From Lacrimispora sp. (GTDB lineage: Bacteria; Bacillota; Clostridia; Lachnospirales; Lachnospiraceae): a DNA stretch of 64,000 nt. This document shows positions 18,454 to 27,421 of this stretch, piece after piece (positions within the stretch are counted from its first letter, which is position 1; each line of letters begins with the position of its first letter). The notes beneath the pieces are model-generated. The model saw only the letters and a list, made by a program, of their open reading frames with translations. It ran no database searches and was not told where the DNA came from. The stretch is taken from NCBI RefSeq assembly GCF_046972725.1, contig NZ_JBKVXF010000003.1, positions 281,735-345,734 of the forward strand. The letters are read 5' to 3'. The position numbers and the translations under genes were made by a program.

Positions 18454-21400
18454 GTGAAAACCAGAAATTTGGTTCAAAAAACAGTTTGTTTTATGTTGAG
18501 TGCAGCGATGCTTCTGACAGGGCTGCCTGGTGCAGGACCGGTAACCGGTCTGGCTGCCCAGTATGTAATACAGGAAGGGGAGATTCCTGCTAAAGCATCT
18601 TCGCTTGAAGACTTACCGTCTGTAGTGAATTGTGTTGAAGCAGGAGCATCAATTCAGACACCTAAGAATATTACCTGGGAAGCAGAAGAGGGTGGGTCCT
18701 TTTACAATGCAGGCAGTAATGTAAAGGTTACAGGGACAATTACAGAAAATGGGCAGAAGGTAACTGCTACGGTACTGGCGGTTCCGGCAAATGTTGTGTA
18801 TCTTGTGGATGCCAATGTTTATGAGCCGGAGAATTCGGCAGATTTTAAGCGTTATAAGGTAGAGGGGAACACCTCTCTTCTTAAGAACACCGTTCCTGAC
18901 CAGGCATACATTCAGGGGAGCTGGGGAGGTACAGGGAATACCAGGAAAAAGGGTGCCGTGCCGGAACTTAAGGATACGAAAGGCTATACCGGGTACTATA
19001 CCGAAGGAGGGGAGGCAATCTCTTATAAACTTCCTCTGGAAAGCGGAACCTACATAGTAGCTGCTGAATTTGCTGAATGGTGGGGAAATTACAGCAGAAC
19101 AGTGGATATGAAGATTACCTATAATGACAGCAGCGGAAAAGCAGTAACAAAGGTATTGGACACAGCCCGTCTGGGAGCCAGGTTAAGTACGGATACTGCG
19201 GTGGGCAGCTTTACCATTGACAATGGGCAGGAGGTGATGCTTGATTTCCAGAGAAAAGAAGGAACCAGTGAAGCGGCGGTATTGTCAGGCTTTACCGTTA
19301 TAAAAGCCAAAGAGGAACTTCCTGATGCCGAATATATTCCAGTTACAATAGATGGGGATAAGATTGATAAATTTAACACATTTGGTGGATTTGGTTCCGT
19401 TACCTGTAATAATACCTCAAGGCTTCTTATGGACTATAAAGCTCTTCATGAGGAACAGTACTGGAAGATGATGGAGCTTTTATTTGACAGAGAAAAGGGA
19501 GCCGGTTTAAATCACGTAAAAATTGAGTTGGGGGCTGATGTAAATTCCTCATCAGGAACCGAACCGGCAACCATGCGTTCCCCTGATGAGACACCGAATG
19601 TAAGAAGAGGGGCTGGCTTTATGTTTGCGGCAGATGCCAAGTCCATAAATCCTGATATTTCCGTAGAAATTCTCCGGTGGGGAGAACCAAAATGGACGCA
19701 GGAAGGAATTGGTTATGAAGAGTATGACAATCCTAAATTTGAGGCGAGATATCAGTGGTACCGCAAAACCATCGATGCGGTTTATGAAACGTATGGATAC
19801 AAGATTACGGAAGTAAGTCCCGGACAGAATGAACGGAGGAAGGATTATCCAGACAACTTTGCGTGGATCAAATACTGTGCACAAAGGTTTAAGGAAGACG
19901 GAGAGAATGGAGTCGGTGCCTTTGATTATGGGGAGATTAAGATTGTGGCAGCAGATTTGTATCGTGGTATGGGGACTACGGTAGACTATATGATGAAAGA
20001 TCAGGAATTCAGGGATCTGGTGGATGTGATTTCTGATCATTATCAGATCTGGCTGGGAAGCAGGAATCTTGATATCCTGAATCAGGAGTATGGAAAAGAA
20101 GTCTGGTATGGGGAATCCACGGCTCCCATGATCAATGCCAATTATCGTGCCAATGTGGACCCGCTTCGTGGAGGAATCGGAGGTTCCGCAGGGATTGCAG
20201 CTATGGCAGAACGATTGATTTCCGCCTATGCGTATAAGAATGCAGATGGATACACAAGTCATATGACAGAACTGTTATTCCAGCCTGCCATTGGTGCATT
20301 TTATGAAGGAAGTGCATATAGCCCCAAACAGCTGATTGGAGCCTTTGATCCATGGTCCGGTTATTATGAAGCCGACGGTGGAATTCAGATGGCAGAGCAT
20401 TTTATGAAATTTGCAGACAATGACTGGAATTATCTTCCCGATGCATGTTACTCCGATGGAAAGACAGGAGACGGTGATATTGTGGCAGACAGCTCGACGG
20501 ACACCCGCCTTGCGCTCAAGGATCCCGTAACAGATGATTATTCTGTGATATTTGCCAATAATACCTCAGTGGAACGGAAGTATCATCTGACGCTTAAGAA
20601 CCTGAAAACAGTAAAAAATTCTTATAATATATGGGAGACCAGAGGTCCGGATGATGGAGAAGCATATGATGCAAACTGGTTTCAGAAGATTGCAGAGGAG
20701 AGTCAGCCCCATGATAACGGAGATGGCACCACTGCAATTGAACTGGTGGTTAAGCCCTATTCCATAGTAACTCTGACCAGTCTGACCGGCCGGGGAACGA
20801 GCTATACTGCCGGGCAGAATGATTCCGGTGTGGAACGAAAGGTACTTGGACTGCCTTATAGAGATAATTTTGATTATGAAGATTCCTTCATCGAAGAAAG
20901 GGGAGGGACTCCTTACTTTACGACAGATCTGGAAGGGGCATTTGAGGTCTGCAGATCAGAGGATACCGGGTATGTTCTGAAACAGATGATCAATGGAGAA
21001 AACCGCCCTTACAATTGGAATCCTTGGGGGAGCGGAAGTGACGAGAGCAGTCAGACAACCGCTGTTCCGTGGACCGTACTTGGGGATCACCGATGGGCCA
21101 ATTACACAGCAGGAATTGATGTGAAGCTGGATACCAAAGGAAAAGGTTATGGGGATAATTTTGCTGTTCTGGGAGTCAGAGAAGTAGTGCATTCCTCCGG
21201 TGCTGCTTATAGGGCAAAGATATATGACAATGGAAGCTGGGAACTTTTGCGCTTTAATAAAGTTCAAAAGTCCGGAAAACTGGAAAAGTTCATTCCTGAT
21301 CAATGGCACAGGCTGGAGCTTAAGGCAGATGAGAATACAATTACCTTTTATATCGATGGAGAAGAAGCCGGAAGCTTTACAGATGAGTCCAGTCCGGTAA

Positions 21401-24400
21401 TGACTGGGCGTGTTTCTCTCATGAGTGGCTTCTGGAATACCTCATTTGACAACCTTACTGTAACTCCTATAGAAGGAAAAGCCGCTTATGCATCTGAAAA
21501 ACCCGACGATACATCACCGCTTATCCGGTGGACAGGAGAGGTGACCCATAATATTGGTCAGGGCTTTGCTTTTTATAACCGCAGTTATACGGTGATGCTT
21601 CCGGGCTCCGGTATGGAATTTATAGTTCCTGACGGAACGGGATTTGATATTTTCGGAAAGTCAGGTTCGGCGAAGATTAAGGTGACGGTTGACGGCCAGG
21701 AGGAAGATGCAGTTACTCTTAACGGAGGAGACAGGGAAACTACGTTTTGGAAACAGAATTTACCAGCCGGACAGCATAAAGTTAAAATAGAGGTTACTGA
21801 GGGGACCTATCAGGTAGATGGGATTAATTTACTGGCAGAAGATGACACAGGATATAATGAGTTACATACAAAAGAATTGGAAGATATGATCAAGTATGTG
21901 AAGGAACATGAATTTGATTCTGTGAAATATCCGGAAGCTTTAATCAATCAGGTAAAGGCTGCACTTTCCGGCGCAGAGAAGGTACTGGCAGAAGATGCCA
22001 GCCAAAAAGACGTGGATATGGCCAGGATTGCACTTCGAAATGCATTTATAAGGGTAGTTCCGTCAGATACGATTGTAAGTATTAAAGAAGAATTAGGAAC
22101 AAAGATGGTGGTTCAAAATGGTATCCCAGAATTGCCGGATATGGTAACCGTAATCAATGCAGCTGGTGAAGAGAGCTTAAGGAATGTATCTTGGGAGATT
22201 GAGGATAAAGATTTTGGAACCTTGTGGGATACGGTTGAAGTAAGTGGCGAAATTGAAGAAACGGGATTTAAACTCAGTACCAGTGTTGTAGTGATACCCT
22301 ATGGATTGACCTGGTTTATAGACAGCGGGGTTGCAGACGTGGAGGACAGTGAAGGTGAGGCTGGTCATTCGTTGTTCTATGATCTTATTGCAGATTCTGT
22401 TGAATTAGAGAACAAAAGAGCAGATCAAAGGTATACAGAAGGTTCCTGGGGATATGTGGATGATAAAGATGTTGCGGTAAAGGGCAGCGGCAGTATCTCC
22501 TACAATACGGGAATCTATGATACAGGACTTTACGTAGATCATAACAAAGATACAGACATTATATACAAGCTTCCCATGAAAGCAGGAAAGTACAGGTTTA
22601 TGGTGGGCGCACAGGCCTATTGGGATGAGACTCACTCCGGAAAGGTTGAACTGCGCTATGAAACAGCCGATGGCGAAAAGAAAACAGTGGAATTGGGAAC
22701 TGTGACCGTTAGCGTTTCAGATAACAATATTTCTTTCAGCCAGACAGCGGAAATTCCTGTCGATGGCCTGGTAGAAGTCAGGATCAGGAATGCCGGTACA
22801 AAAATTCATTTAATCAGTTGGCTTGCAGTAGCCAGAGAAGCTGATGCAGAGCTTCCGGCTGTTTTGATTACGGAGCAGGGAAAGCTTCCAAAGCTTCCGG
22901 AGACGGTTATGGTGAATGGAGAAGAGCTGGAGGTTGACTGGAAAAAAAGGAAAGAAAGTGATTTCAGTGTACCCTGGACATCCGTAAACATCAGAGGTGA
23001 AGTAGCCGGAATAAATCTTCCGGTAATCATACCTGTAGAAGTCATACCTGAAAAATTGTGCTATTTTATTGACTCGGGAGTTACTGAGAATGAAAAATCA
23101 TCCTTTTATAACGCTGTAAATGAGGCCGTTGGAGGTCTATTAAATGAACTTCCTGACAAAATGTCAGACGGACAGTCCTGGGGATATGCAGACCGGGAGA
23201 GCCTGGGAGGTCCCATGGGGGAAGGAAGTGACAGCCGCAGTAAGACCGGCTGGTGGGCAAAAGAAGGAAAAGAAATCGTGTATAAACTTCCTTTGGAGGC
23301 AGGAACATATCAGTTTACGGGTGGTTTTTATGAGTGGTGGTCCGTAAAGCGTCCCATGGAGGCATATGTGGTTTATGAGAATGAAACTGGTGAGATGATG
23401 ACCGTTTCCCTTGGAAAGATAACCATATCAAAACCCGAAGAAGCCATATTAAAACCTAAAACGGATATCGTCATACCAATGGATCAGATAATTGAATTCC
23501 GGGTAAGGAAAACCGGAGACAGTGATCCTGTCATAAGCTGGATCGCAGTCAATGAAAGATCAGAAGCTGCTCTTCCGGAAGAGGATATTTATCATACAAC
23601 CAATATTAAGGTCACTCAGAAGCCTATTAAAGAACAATATGAGGTTGGTCAGGAGTTGGATAAAACGGGTATGGAGGTAAGGAGGTATGAAAAGGCCAGT
23701 CCCAGCAATGCAGTAAGGGAAGTCGTTCTGGAGGATGACGACTATGAAGTGGAATATGATTTTTCAGAGCCTGGGAAAAAGAAGGTTACCGTATCTTACA
23801 GCGAATGGGATGAGGACGGCACTGAAAAAACATTTACCGATTCCTTTATAGTGACCGTACAGGAAAAACTGATTGAAGAGGAATATTATACGAAAAAAAT
23901 CAGTGTTACCAGGAAACCACGAAAGATAAAATATAAAGTTGGAGAAGACTTGGATCGATCCGGAATGGAGGTTACGGAGTACAGAAAGGCCAGTCCCTCC
24001 AATGCAGTGAGAAAACATATTCTGTCAGAAGAAGAATATGATACGGAATACGATTTTTCAATCTCAGGAACCCGGAAGGTCAAGGTTATTTATTATGGTA
24101 CGGATAAACGGGGAGAAGAAAAGAAATTTACCGATTCATTTACTGTTAATGTAATTGAAGATAAAGATGTTGGCACTCCTGCGTTACCTGGCGATACTTC
24201 TGATGATGAAGATAATTATCATTCGGGCCGTCCGGTGCCGGAACCTGCGTATTATTATGGAACGTGGATACAGGATAAGGCTGGTTGGAGACTGAAAGGT
24301 ACAGACGGGACTTTTCCGAAAAACCGTTGGGCTTTGGTTAAGGAAAAAAATGGAGATGAGTGGTATTTCTTTGATGAAAACGGTTATATGCTGACTGGTT

Positions 24401-24603
24401 GGCTGCAATACGGGAATCAGCAATTTTATCTCAATCCAGTCAGTGACGGAACGAAGGGCCGCATGTTGACTGGTTGGCAGAAAATTGATAACGTTTGGTA
24501 TTACTTTGACAAAACGGAAGGTAAAAACATGGGCTCCATGCTTAAAAATACTGTGACACCAGATGGATACAAAGTAGGCTCGGACGGAGCCTGGGTCCGG
24601 TAA
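18454..24603 (+). CDS. Secreted, cell-wall-anchored multimodular glycoside hydrolase, GH59 (galactocerebrosidase-like) catalytic core
   Basis: GTG 18454 lies 7 nt after GGAGGG. The signal peptide is KTVCFMLSAAMLLTGLPGAG..AAQ. FGGFGSVTCNNTSRLLMDYKALHEEQYWKMMELLFDREKGAGLNHVKIELGADVNSSSGTEPATM parallels human GALC as I recall it ([59 protein letters not shown]). Candidate catalytic Glu residues lie in SPGQNERR and VWYGEST. There are three Ig-like plus CBM-like modules, two Big_3-like domains and C-terminal GW/YYFD cell-wall-binding repeats. Confidence 0.8.
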   Translation: MKTRNLVQKTVCFMLSAAMLLTGLPGAGPVTGLAAQYVIQEGEIPAKASSLEDLPSVVNCVEAGASIQTPKNITWEAEEGGSFYNAGSNVKVTGTITENGQKVTATVLAVPANVVYLVDANVYEPENSADFKRYKVEGNTSLLKNTVPDQAYIQGSWGGTGNTRKKGAVPELKDTKGYTGYYTEGGEAISYKLPLESGTYIVAAEFAEWWGNYSRTVDMKITYNDSSGKAVTKVLDTARLGARLSTDTAVGSFTIDNGQEVMLDFQRKEGTSEAAVLSGFTVIKAKEELPDAEYIPVTIDGDKIDKFNTFGGFGSVTCNNTSRLLMDYKALHEEQYWKMMELLFDREKGAGLNHVKIELGADVNSSSGTEPATMRSPDETPNVRRGAGFMFAADAKSINPDISVEILRWGEPKWTQEGIGYEEYDNPKFEARYQWYRKTIDAVYETYGYKITEVSPGQNERRKDYPDNFAWIKYCAQRFKEDGENGVGAFDYGEIKIVAADLYRGMGTTVDYMMKDQEFRDLVDVISDHYQIWLGSRNLDILNQEYGKEVWYGESTAPMINANYRANVDPLRGGIGGSAGIAAMAERLISAYAYKNADGYTSHMTELLFQPAIGAFYEGSAYSPKQLIGAFDPWSGYYEADGGIQMAEHFMKFADNDWNYLPDACYSDGKTGDGDIVADSSTDTRLALKDPVTDDYSVIFANNTSVERKYHLTLKNLKTVKNSYNIWETRGPDDGEAYDANWFQKIAEESQPHDNGDGTTAIELVVKPYSIVTLTSLTGRGTSYTAGQNDSGVERKVLGLPYRDNFDYEDSFIEERGGTPYFTTDLEGAFEVCRSEDTGYVLKQMINGENRPYNWNPWGSGSDESSQTTAVPWTVLGDHRWANYTAGIDVKLDTKGKGYGDNFAVLGVREVVHSSGAAYRAKIYDNGSWELLRFNKVQKSGKLEKFIPDQWHRLELKADENTITFYIDGEEAGSFTDESSPVMTGRVSLMSGFWNTSFDNLTVTPIEGKAAYASEKPDDTSPLIRWTGEVTHNIGQGFAFYNRSYTVMLPGSGMEFIVPDGTGFDIFGKSGSAKIKVTVDGQEEDAVTLNGGDRETTFWKQNLPAGQHKVKIEVTEGTYQVDGINLLAEDDTGYNELHTKELEDMIKYVKEHEFDSVKYPEALINQVKAALSGAEKVLAEDASQKDVDMARIALRNAFIRVVPSDTIVSIKEELGTKMVVQNGIPELPDMVTVINAAGEESLRNVSWEIEDKDFGTLWDTVEVSGEIEETGFKLSTSVVVIPYGLTWFIDSGVADVEDSEGEAGHSLFYDLIADSVELENKRADQRYTEGSWGYVDDKDVAVKGSGSISYNTGIYDTGLYVDHNKDTDIIYKLPMKAGKYRFMVGAQAYWDETHSGKVELRYETADGEKKTVELGTVTVSVSDNNISFSQTAEIPVDGLVEVRIRNAGTKIHLISWLAVAREADAELPAVLITEQGKLPKLPETVMVNGEELEVDWKKRKESDFSVPWTSVNIRGEVAGINLPVIIPVEVIPEKLCYFIDSGVTENEKSSFYNAVNEAVGGLLNELPDKMSDGQSWGYADRESLGGPMGEGSDSRSKTGWWAKEGKEIVYKLPLEAGTYQFTGGFYEWWSVKRPMEAYVVYENETGEMMTVSLGKITISKPEEAILKPKTDIVIPMDQIIEFRVRKTGDSDPVISWIAVNERSEAALPEEDIYHTTNIKVTQKPIKEQYEVGQELDKTGMEVRRYEKASPSNAVREVVLEDDDYEVEYDFSEPGKKKVTVSYSEWDEDGTEKTFTDSFIVTVQEKLIEEEYYTKKISVTRKPRKIKYKVGEDLDRSGMEVTEYRKASPSNAVRKHILSEEEYDTEYDFSISGTRKVKVIYYGTDKRGEEKKFTDSFTVNVIEDKDVGTPALPGDTSDDEDNYHSGRPVPEPAYYYGTWIQDKAGWRLKGTDGTFPKNRWALVKEKNGDEWYFFDENGYMLTGWLQYGNQQFYLNPVSDGTKGRMLTGWQKIDNVWYYFDKTEGKNMGSMLKNTVTPDGYKVGSDGAWVR
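18604..19310 (+). repeat. Module copy 1 (Ig-like strand set plus about 170-aa carbohydrate-binding-like domain) of the giant protein
   Basis: LPSVVNCVEAG...VTATVLAVPANVVYLVDANV...SWGGTG...ISYKLPLESGTYIVAAEFAEWW...AVLSGFTVIK is collinear with the copies at 22123 and 22880. Confidence 0.6.
22123..23556 (+). repeat. Module copies 2 and 3 in tandem (about 22123-22836 and 22880-23556)
   Basis: Copy 2 reads LPDMVTVINAAGE...VVIPYGLTWFIDSGV...SWGYVDDKD...IIYKLPMKAGKYRFMVGAQAYW...LISWLAVAR. Copy 3 reads LPETVMVNGEE...EVIPEKLCYFIDSGV...SWGYADRES...IVYKLPLEAGTYQFTGGFYEWW...VISWIAVNE. Confidence 0.65.
23596..24156 (+). repeat. Two tandem Big_3-like Ig domains (about 23596-23865 and 23884-24156)
   Basis: IKVTQKPIKEQYEVGQELDKTGMEVRRYEKASPSNAVREVVL..YEVEYDFS versus ISVTRKPRKIKYKVGEDLDRSGMEVTEYRKASPSNAVRKHIL..YDTEYDFS. 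Confidence 0.65.
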
Positions 24604-24608
24604 ACATA

Positions 24609-24642
24609 AAAGGTATGGCAAATCCAACTGCCATACCTTTAT
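24609..24642 (+). terminator. Rho-independent terminator of the giant gene
   Basis: AAAGGTATGGCA-aatccaac-TGCCATACCTTT, a perfect 12-bp stem directly after stop 24601-24603. Confidence 0.65.
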
Positions 24643-24976
24643 CATGCGTTTTACTCATTCTGTGATATGTATCAATTAGGTTGAAAATCTTCTCAATTTA
24701 AAATAAAGGTAAAATAGTGAAATATAGTTCGAAAAAAAAGATTTTTTATACAAATTTCATCGACAATAATATAACAATGGAAATGGCACATCTTGTACCA
24801 GTTTTTTGCGTGCTCAATAGATGTAGTGTTTTAATTCTCTTTTTATAAAAAATTTGAACATTTTAACTAATTTATACAAAAAAATGTCGAATTTTGCGAT
24901 TAATTTTACTTTTCAAACAGTTGGAAACAGCTTATAGTGGTTACTAGAAAAGCAGAAAAAAAGGAGGGTTTTCTAT

Positions 24977-25126
24977 ATGACAGACGCCGAGAAACTGCGG
25001 GTTATAGAGATGGAGAATGAGAGGTTAATGGAAGAAAACATGAAGCTCCATAGAGTGATTGAGAGGTTGAATCAAACGCTGAACAGATTGCTCGGCCGTT
25101 ACATAAGCGTTGACAGGATTGCCTGA
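24977..25126 (+). CDS. Small coiled-coil protein, 49 aa (below ORF-track cutoff)
   Basis: AAGGAGGG lies 8 nt upstream of the ATG. The product is MTDAEKLRVIEMENERLMEENMKLHRVIERLNQTLNRLLGRYISVDRIA. No homology recognised. Confidence 0.4.
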   Translation: MTDAEKLRVIEMENERLMEENMKLHRVIERLNQTLNRLLGRYISVDRIA

Positions 25127-25172
25127 GCAGGGATAGCCGGGGAGTGCGGGGGCACTCCCCGAAATATCCCCG

Positions 25173-25580
25173 TCAGGGGTCAGTCCCTTCATTGAAATTC
25201 GTTGTGTCATCAGGAGCCAGTCCCTTATTTTTGCGAACGAGTTCCCATATTGTCTGGTGCATCCATTCAATGGTCTGATTCAGCTTTTCGTTTTCTATTT
25301 CTAATTCGGTAATGCGCTCACCCATACGGGCGATAATCTCCCGGTTATTATTAACCTTGTGCGGCGCCAGAAGGCGCTGGACATAAGGAGAAGAAGATTC
25401 AATAATATGCCGGGAAAGTAACTCGTCCCTTGCTTCACAGGATAAGTCCATGAAATCCTGGTAGCTGACAGACAGGGCGGTCATCTCAACCTTGCATTTG
25501 GGGCATACTGCATTGCGCTGAAGCTGATAGTATCCATAGTAACCACATTTTGAACAGTAGTACACGGACAATTCTCTCAT
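25173..25580 (-). CDS. Zinc-ribbon protein with C-terminal coiled-coil, function unknown
   Basis: CSKCGYYGYY...CPKCKV forms a CxxC-N17-CxxC ribbon. GGAGGAG lies upstream of the ATG. The C-terminal part ITELEIENEKLNQTIEWMHQTIWEL is heptad-like. Confidence 0.6.
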   Translation of the reverse strand: MRELSVYYCSKCGYYGYYQLQRNAVCPKCKVEMTALSVSYQDFMDLSCEARDELLSRHIIESSSPYVQRLLAPHKVNNNREIIARMGERITELEIENEKLNQTIEWMHQTIWELVRKNKGLAPDDTTNFNEGTDP

Positions 25581-25704
25581 TAGTCTCCTCCTTTTTTTCT
25601 TGATTTAGTATAAAAATGGCCTACTTCTATAATATATAACGTAAATTAGAGAAAAATGTTACGCAAAATTGTAAGTTTTATAAAAAAATATAATAAAGAA
25701 CATA

Positions 25705-25741
25705 CAAAAAAAGCCCGCTGCGCGTAAGAGCGTGCGGACTT
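25705..25741 (-). terminator. Rho-independent terminator downstream of the cell-wall-binding repeat gene
   Basis: The minus-strand RNA reads GUCCGCACGC..GCGCAGCGGGC followed by UUUUUUUG. Confidence 0.6.
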
Positions 25742-25790
25742 CTTTAATTTGAACGGATGAATCTTTTGTAATTTTTAATTAATTGTTATC

Positions 25791-27143
25791 TTACTGAATA
25801 ATACCATTTACATCAACAACAAATACTTTGTCGTTATTATCTTTATAATCCTTGTATCCTGCTCCCAGTTCTGGCTTTACAACAGATTTGGAAGTAGAAG
25901 ATGCGGTCTGAACAACACCGCTTGTATTGACCAGATAATTTACTCCGTTAAGAGATACAGAAGCCAGTCTTAAATCAGAAGATGCTTCTTTTCTTAAACC
26001 GTATTCATAAACTGTTTTGTCCAGAATACCGGTATAGCCCTGTCCCTTTTTGGTTCCGGAAGTATGGAAATACCAGATCTCGTTTTCATCTAAGTCTTCG
26101 TTATAGATTGTTTGCTTTCCTGTATCCATGGTACCGTTGCTTGCGAAGTGGAAGTTTGCAACACTTCCGTCTTCCAGAGTAACGACTTTAAGACCAGTCT
26201 GCATTTCACCTTTTGTATTAAATCCATATTTCTGAGAATTTACAGTAAATAATTCAATTCCCTTTTTCGCATAGTATGGAGCACCGTCTTTAAAGAAGAA
26301 CCAGTGAAGTTCATCTTCTTTGCTGACACCGGAAATGCCTTCGATTTCTCTCCAGCCCTCCACTCTTGTGCCGTTATCAGGATCATAGTACTGGTATCCT
26401 GCTGCGGAATCTGCATTGTCGCTTGTATTTTCGGCCGCTTCTGATGAGGTTGCTTTTACCGGAAGTTTATACCAACCAGTCTGCATTTCTCCGTCTACGA
26501 ACGTATAGTAAGCACCGTTGATTTTTTTATCAACCTGATCTTTTACCATAACGCCGTCCTTATCAAAGTAGTACCAGGAGAGAGGGTTCTCCGAATCTTC
26601 GTTTACACTGTCAAGCTCAAACCAGCCGGTTTTCTGGGCACCGTCGTTTTCGTCTCCAAGATAATAGGTGTTACCGTCGATTTCAACCTTACCGGTCAGC
26701 ATCTGACCCTGCTCGTCAAAATAATACCACTTATCATCGATTTTCTGCCATTTGGATTCAACAGCCTTGCCGTCTTTTCCATAATAATGCCAGAAAACTT
26801 CCGGAGCGTCAGGGGAGTCCCAGTAGTTATCATTGTTTACAGAAATCCACTGATTTGTGACTCTTTTTCCGCTTTCATCAACGTAGTACTCTTCAATTTC
26901 CTGACTTGTTGCGATTTCGCCGTCTTCGTCTAAATAATACCAGTCATCACCATATTTTTTCCATGAATCGGTTGCATAGTAATCACCCTCTTCATAGAAT
27001 TTCCAGGAACCGTTTTCTTCTACCCAGCCAATTGCCTTTGCATAGGCAGTTGAAGCCGTGCTTAAGAAACCCAGCTCTGGAGCTGCGGCTGCTATTACAC
27101 CGGCAGCGGATAATACAGCCATCAATTTTAAGTGCTTTTTCAT
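25791..27143 (-). CDS. Secreted protein made almost entirely of cell-wall/choline-binding type repeats (CW_binding_1-like)
   Basis: Start set at MKKHLKLMAVLSAAGVIAAAAP (signal peptide, AAGGAGAG upstream). It has more than 10 degenerate about 20-aa repeats of the type GW..(D/E)..WYY(F/L)D..G.M. No catalytic domain was seen. Confidence 0.8.
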   Translation of the reverse strand: MKKHLKLMAVLSAAGVIAAAAPELGFLSTASTAYAKAIGWVEENGSWKFYEEGDYYATDSWKKYGDDWYYLDEDGEIATSQEIEEYYVDESGKRVTNQWISVNNDNYWDSPDAPEVFWHYYGKDGKAVESKWQKIDDKWYYFDEQGQMLTGKVEIDGNTYYLGDENDGAQKTGWFELDSVNEDSENPLSWYYFDKDGVMVKDQVDKKINGAYYTFVDGEMQTGWYKLPVKATSSEAAENTSDNADSAAGYQYYDPDNGTRVEGWREIEGISGVSKEDELHWFFFKDGAPYYAKKGIELFTVNSQKYGFNTKGEMQTGLKVVTLEDGSVANFHFASNGTMDTGKQTIYNEDLDENEIWYFHTSGTKKGQGYTGILDKTVYEYGLRKEASSDLRLASVSLNGVNYLVNTSGVVQTASSTSKSVVKPELGAGYKDYKDNNDKVFVVDVNGIIQ

Positions 27144-27344
27144 AAATATGTTCTCTCCTTTTTTGCAATAAGTTTTATCGTGGCCGAAAATCCATAGTTG
27201 CATTACTCTGCGATTATAACCCATCAGAAAGGTTCAAAGATAGTGTGGTTTCATGGCAGATATGGAAGGAGATAACATAATAAGAAAAAAGATGAGATTT
27301 CCAAGGGGTTTCCCACAGGTACAATGCCGGCAGAAAGTAAGAAA

Positions 27345-27380
27345 ACTTTAATAGGAAAATAAAGACTGGTGTGGTATAAT
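27345..27380 (+). promoter_or_regulatory. Candidate extended -10 promoter for the nine-gene glycan operon
   Basis: TGgTATAAT at 27372-27380, 41 nt upstream of ATG 27422. The -35 is weak. Confidence 0.35.
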
Positions 27381-27421
27381 CACAAACAGAAAAAACATTC
27401 CTTAAAAAGGAGCGATGAAAC

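Noticed and set aside
18399-18593. 64-aa ORF overlapping the start of the giant gene
   Set aside because: It is out of frame with the 2,050-codon ORF, overlaps the end of the RHH gene, and has no RBS.
19552-20262. 236-aa minus-strand ORF, plus the other antisense ORFs inside the giant gene (for example 24184-24645)
   Set aside because: They are entirely embedded antisense in a long, motif-rich coding frame. Their sequences are low-complexity and they have no RBS.
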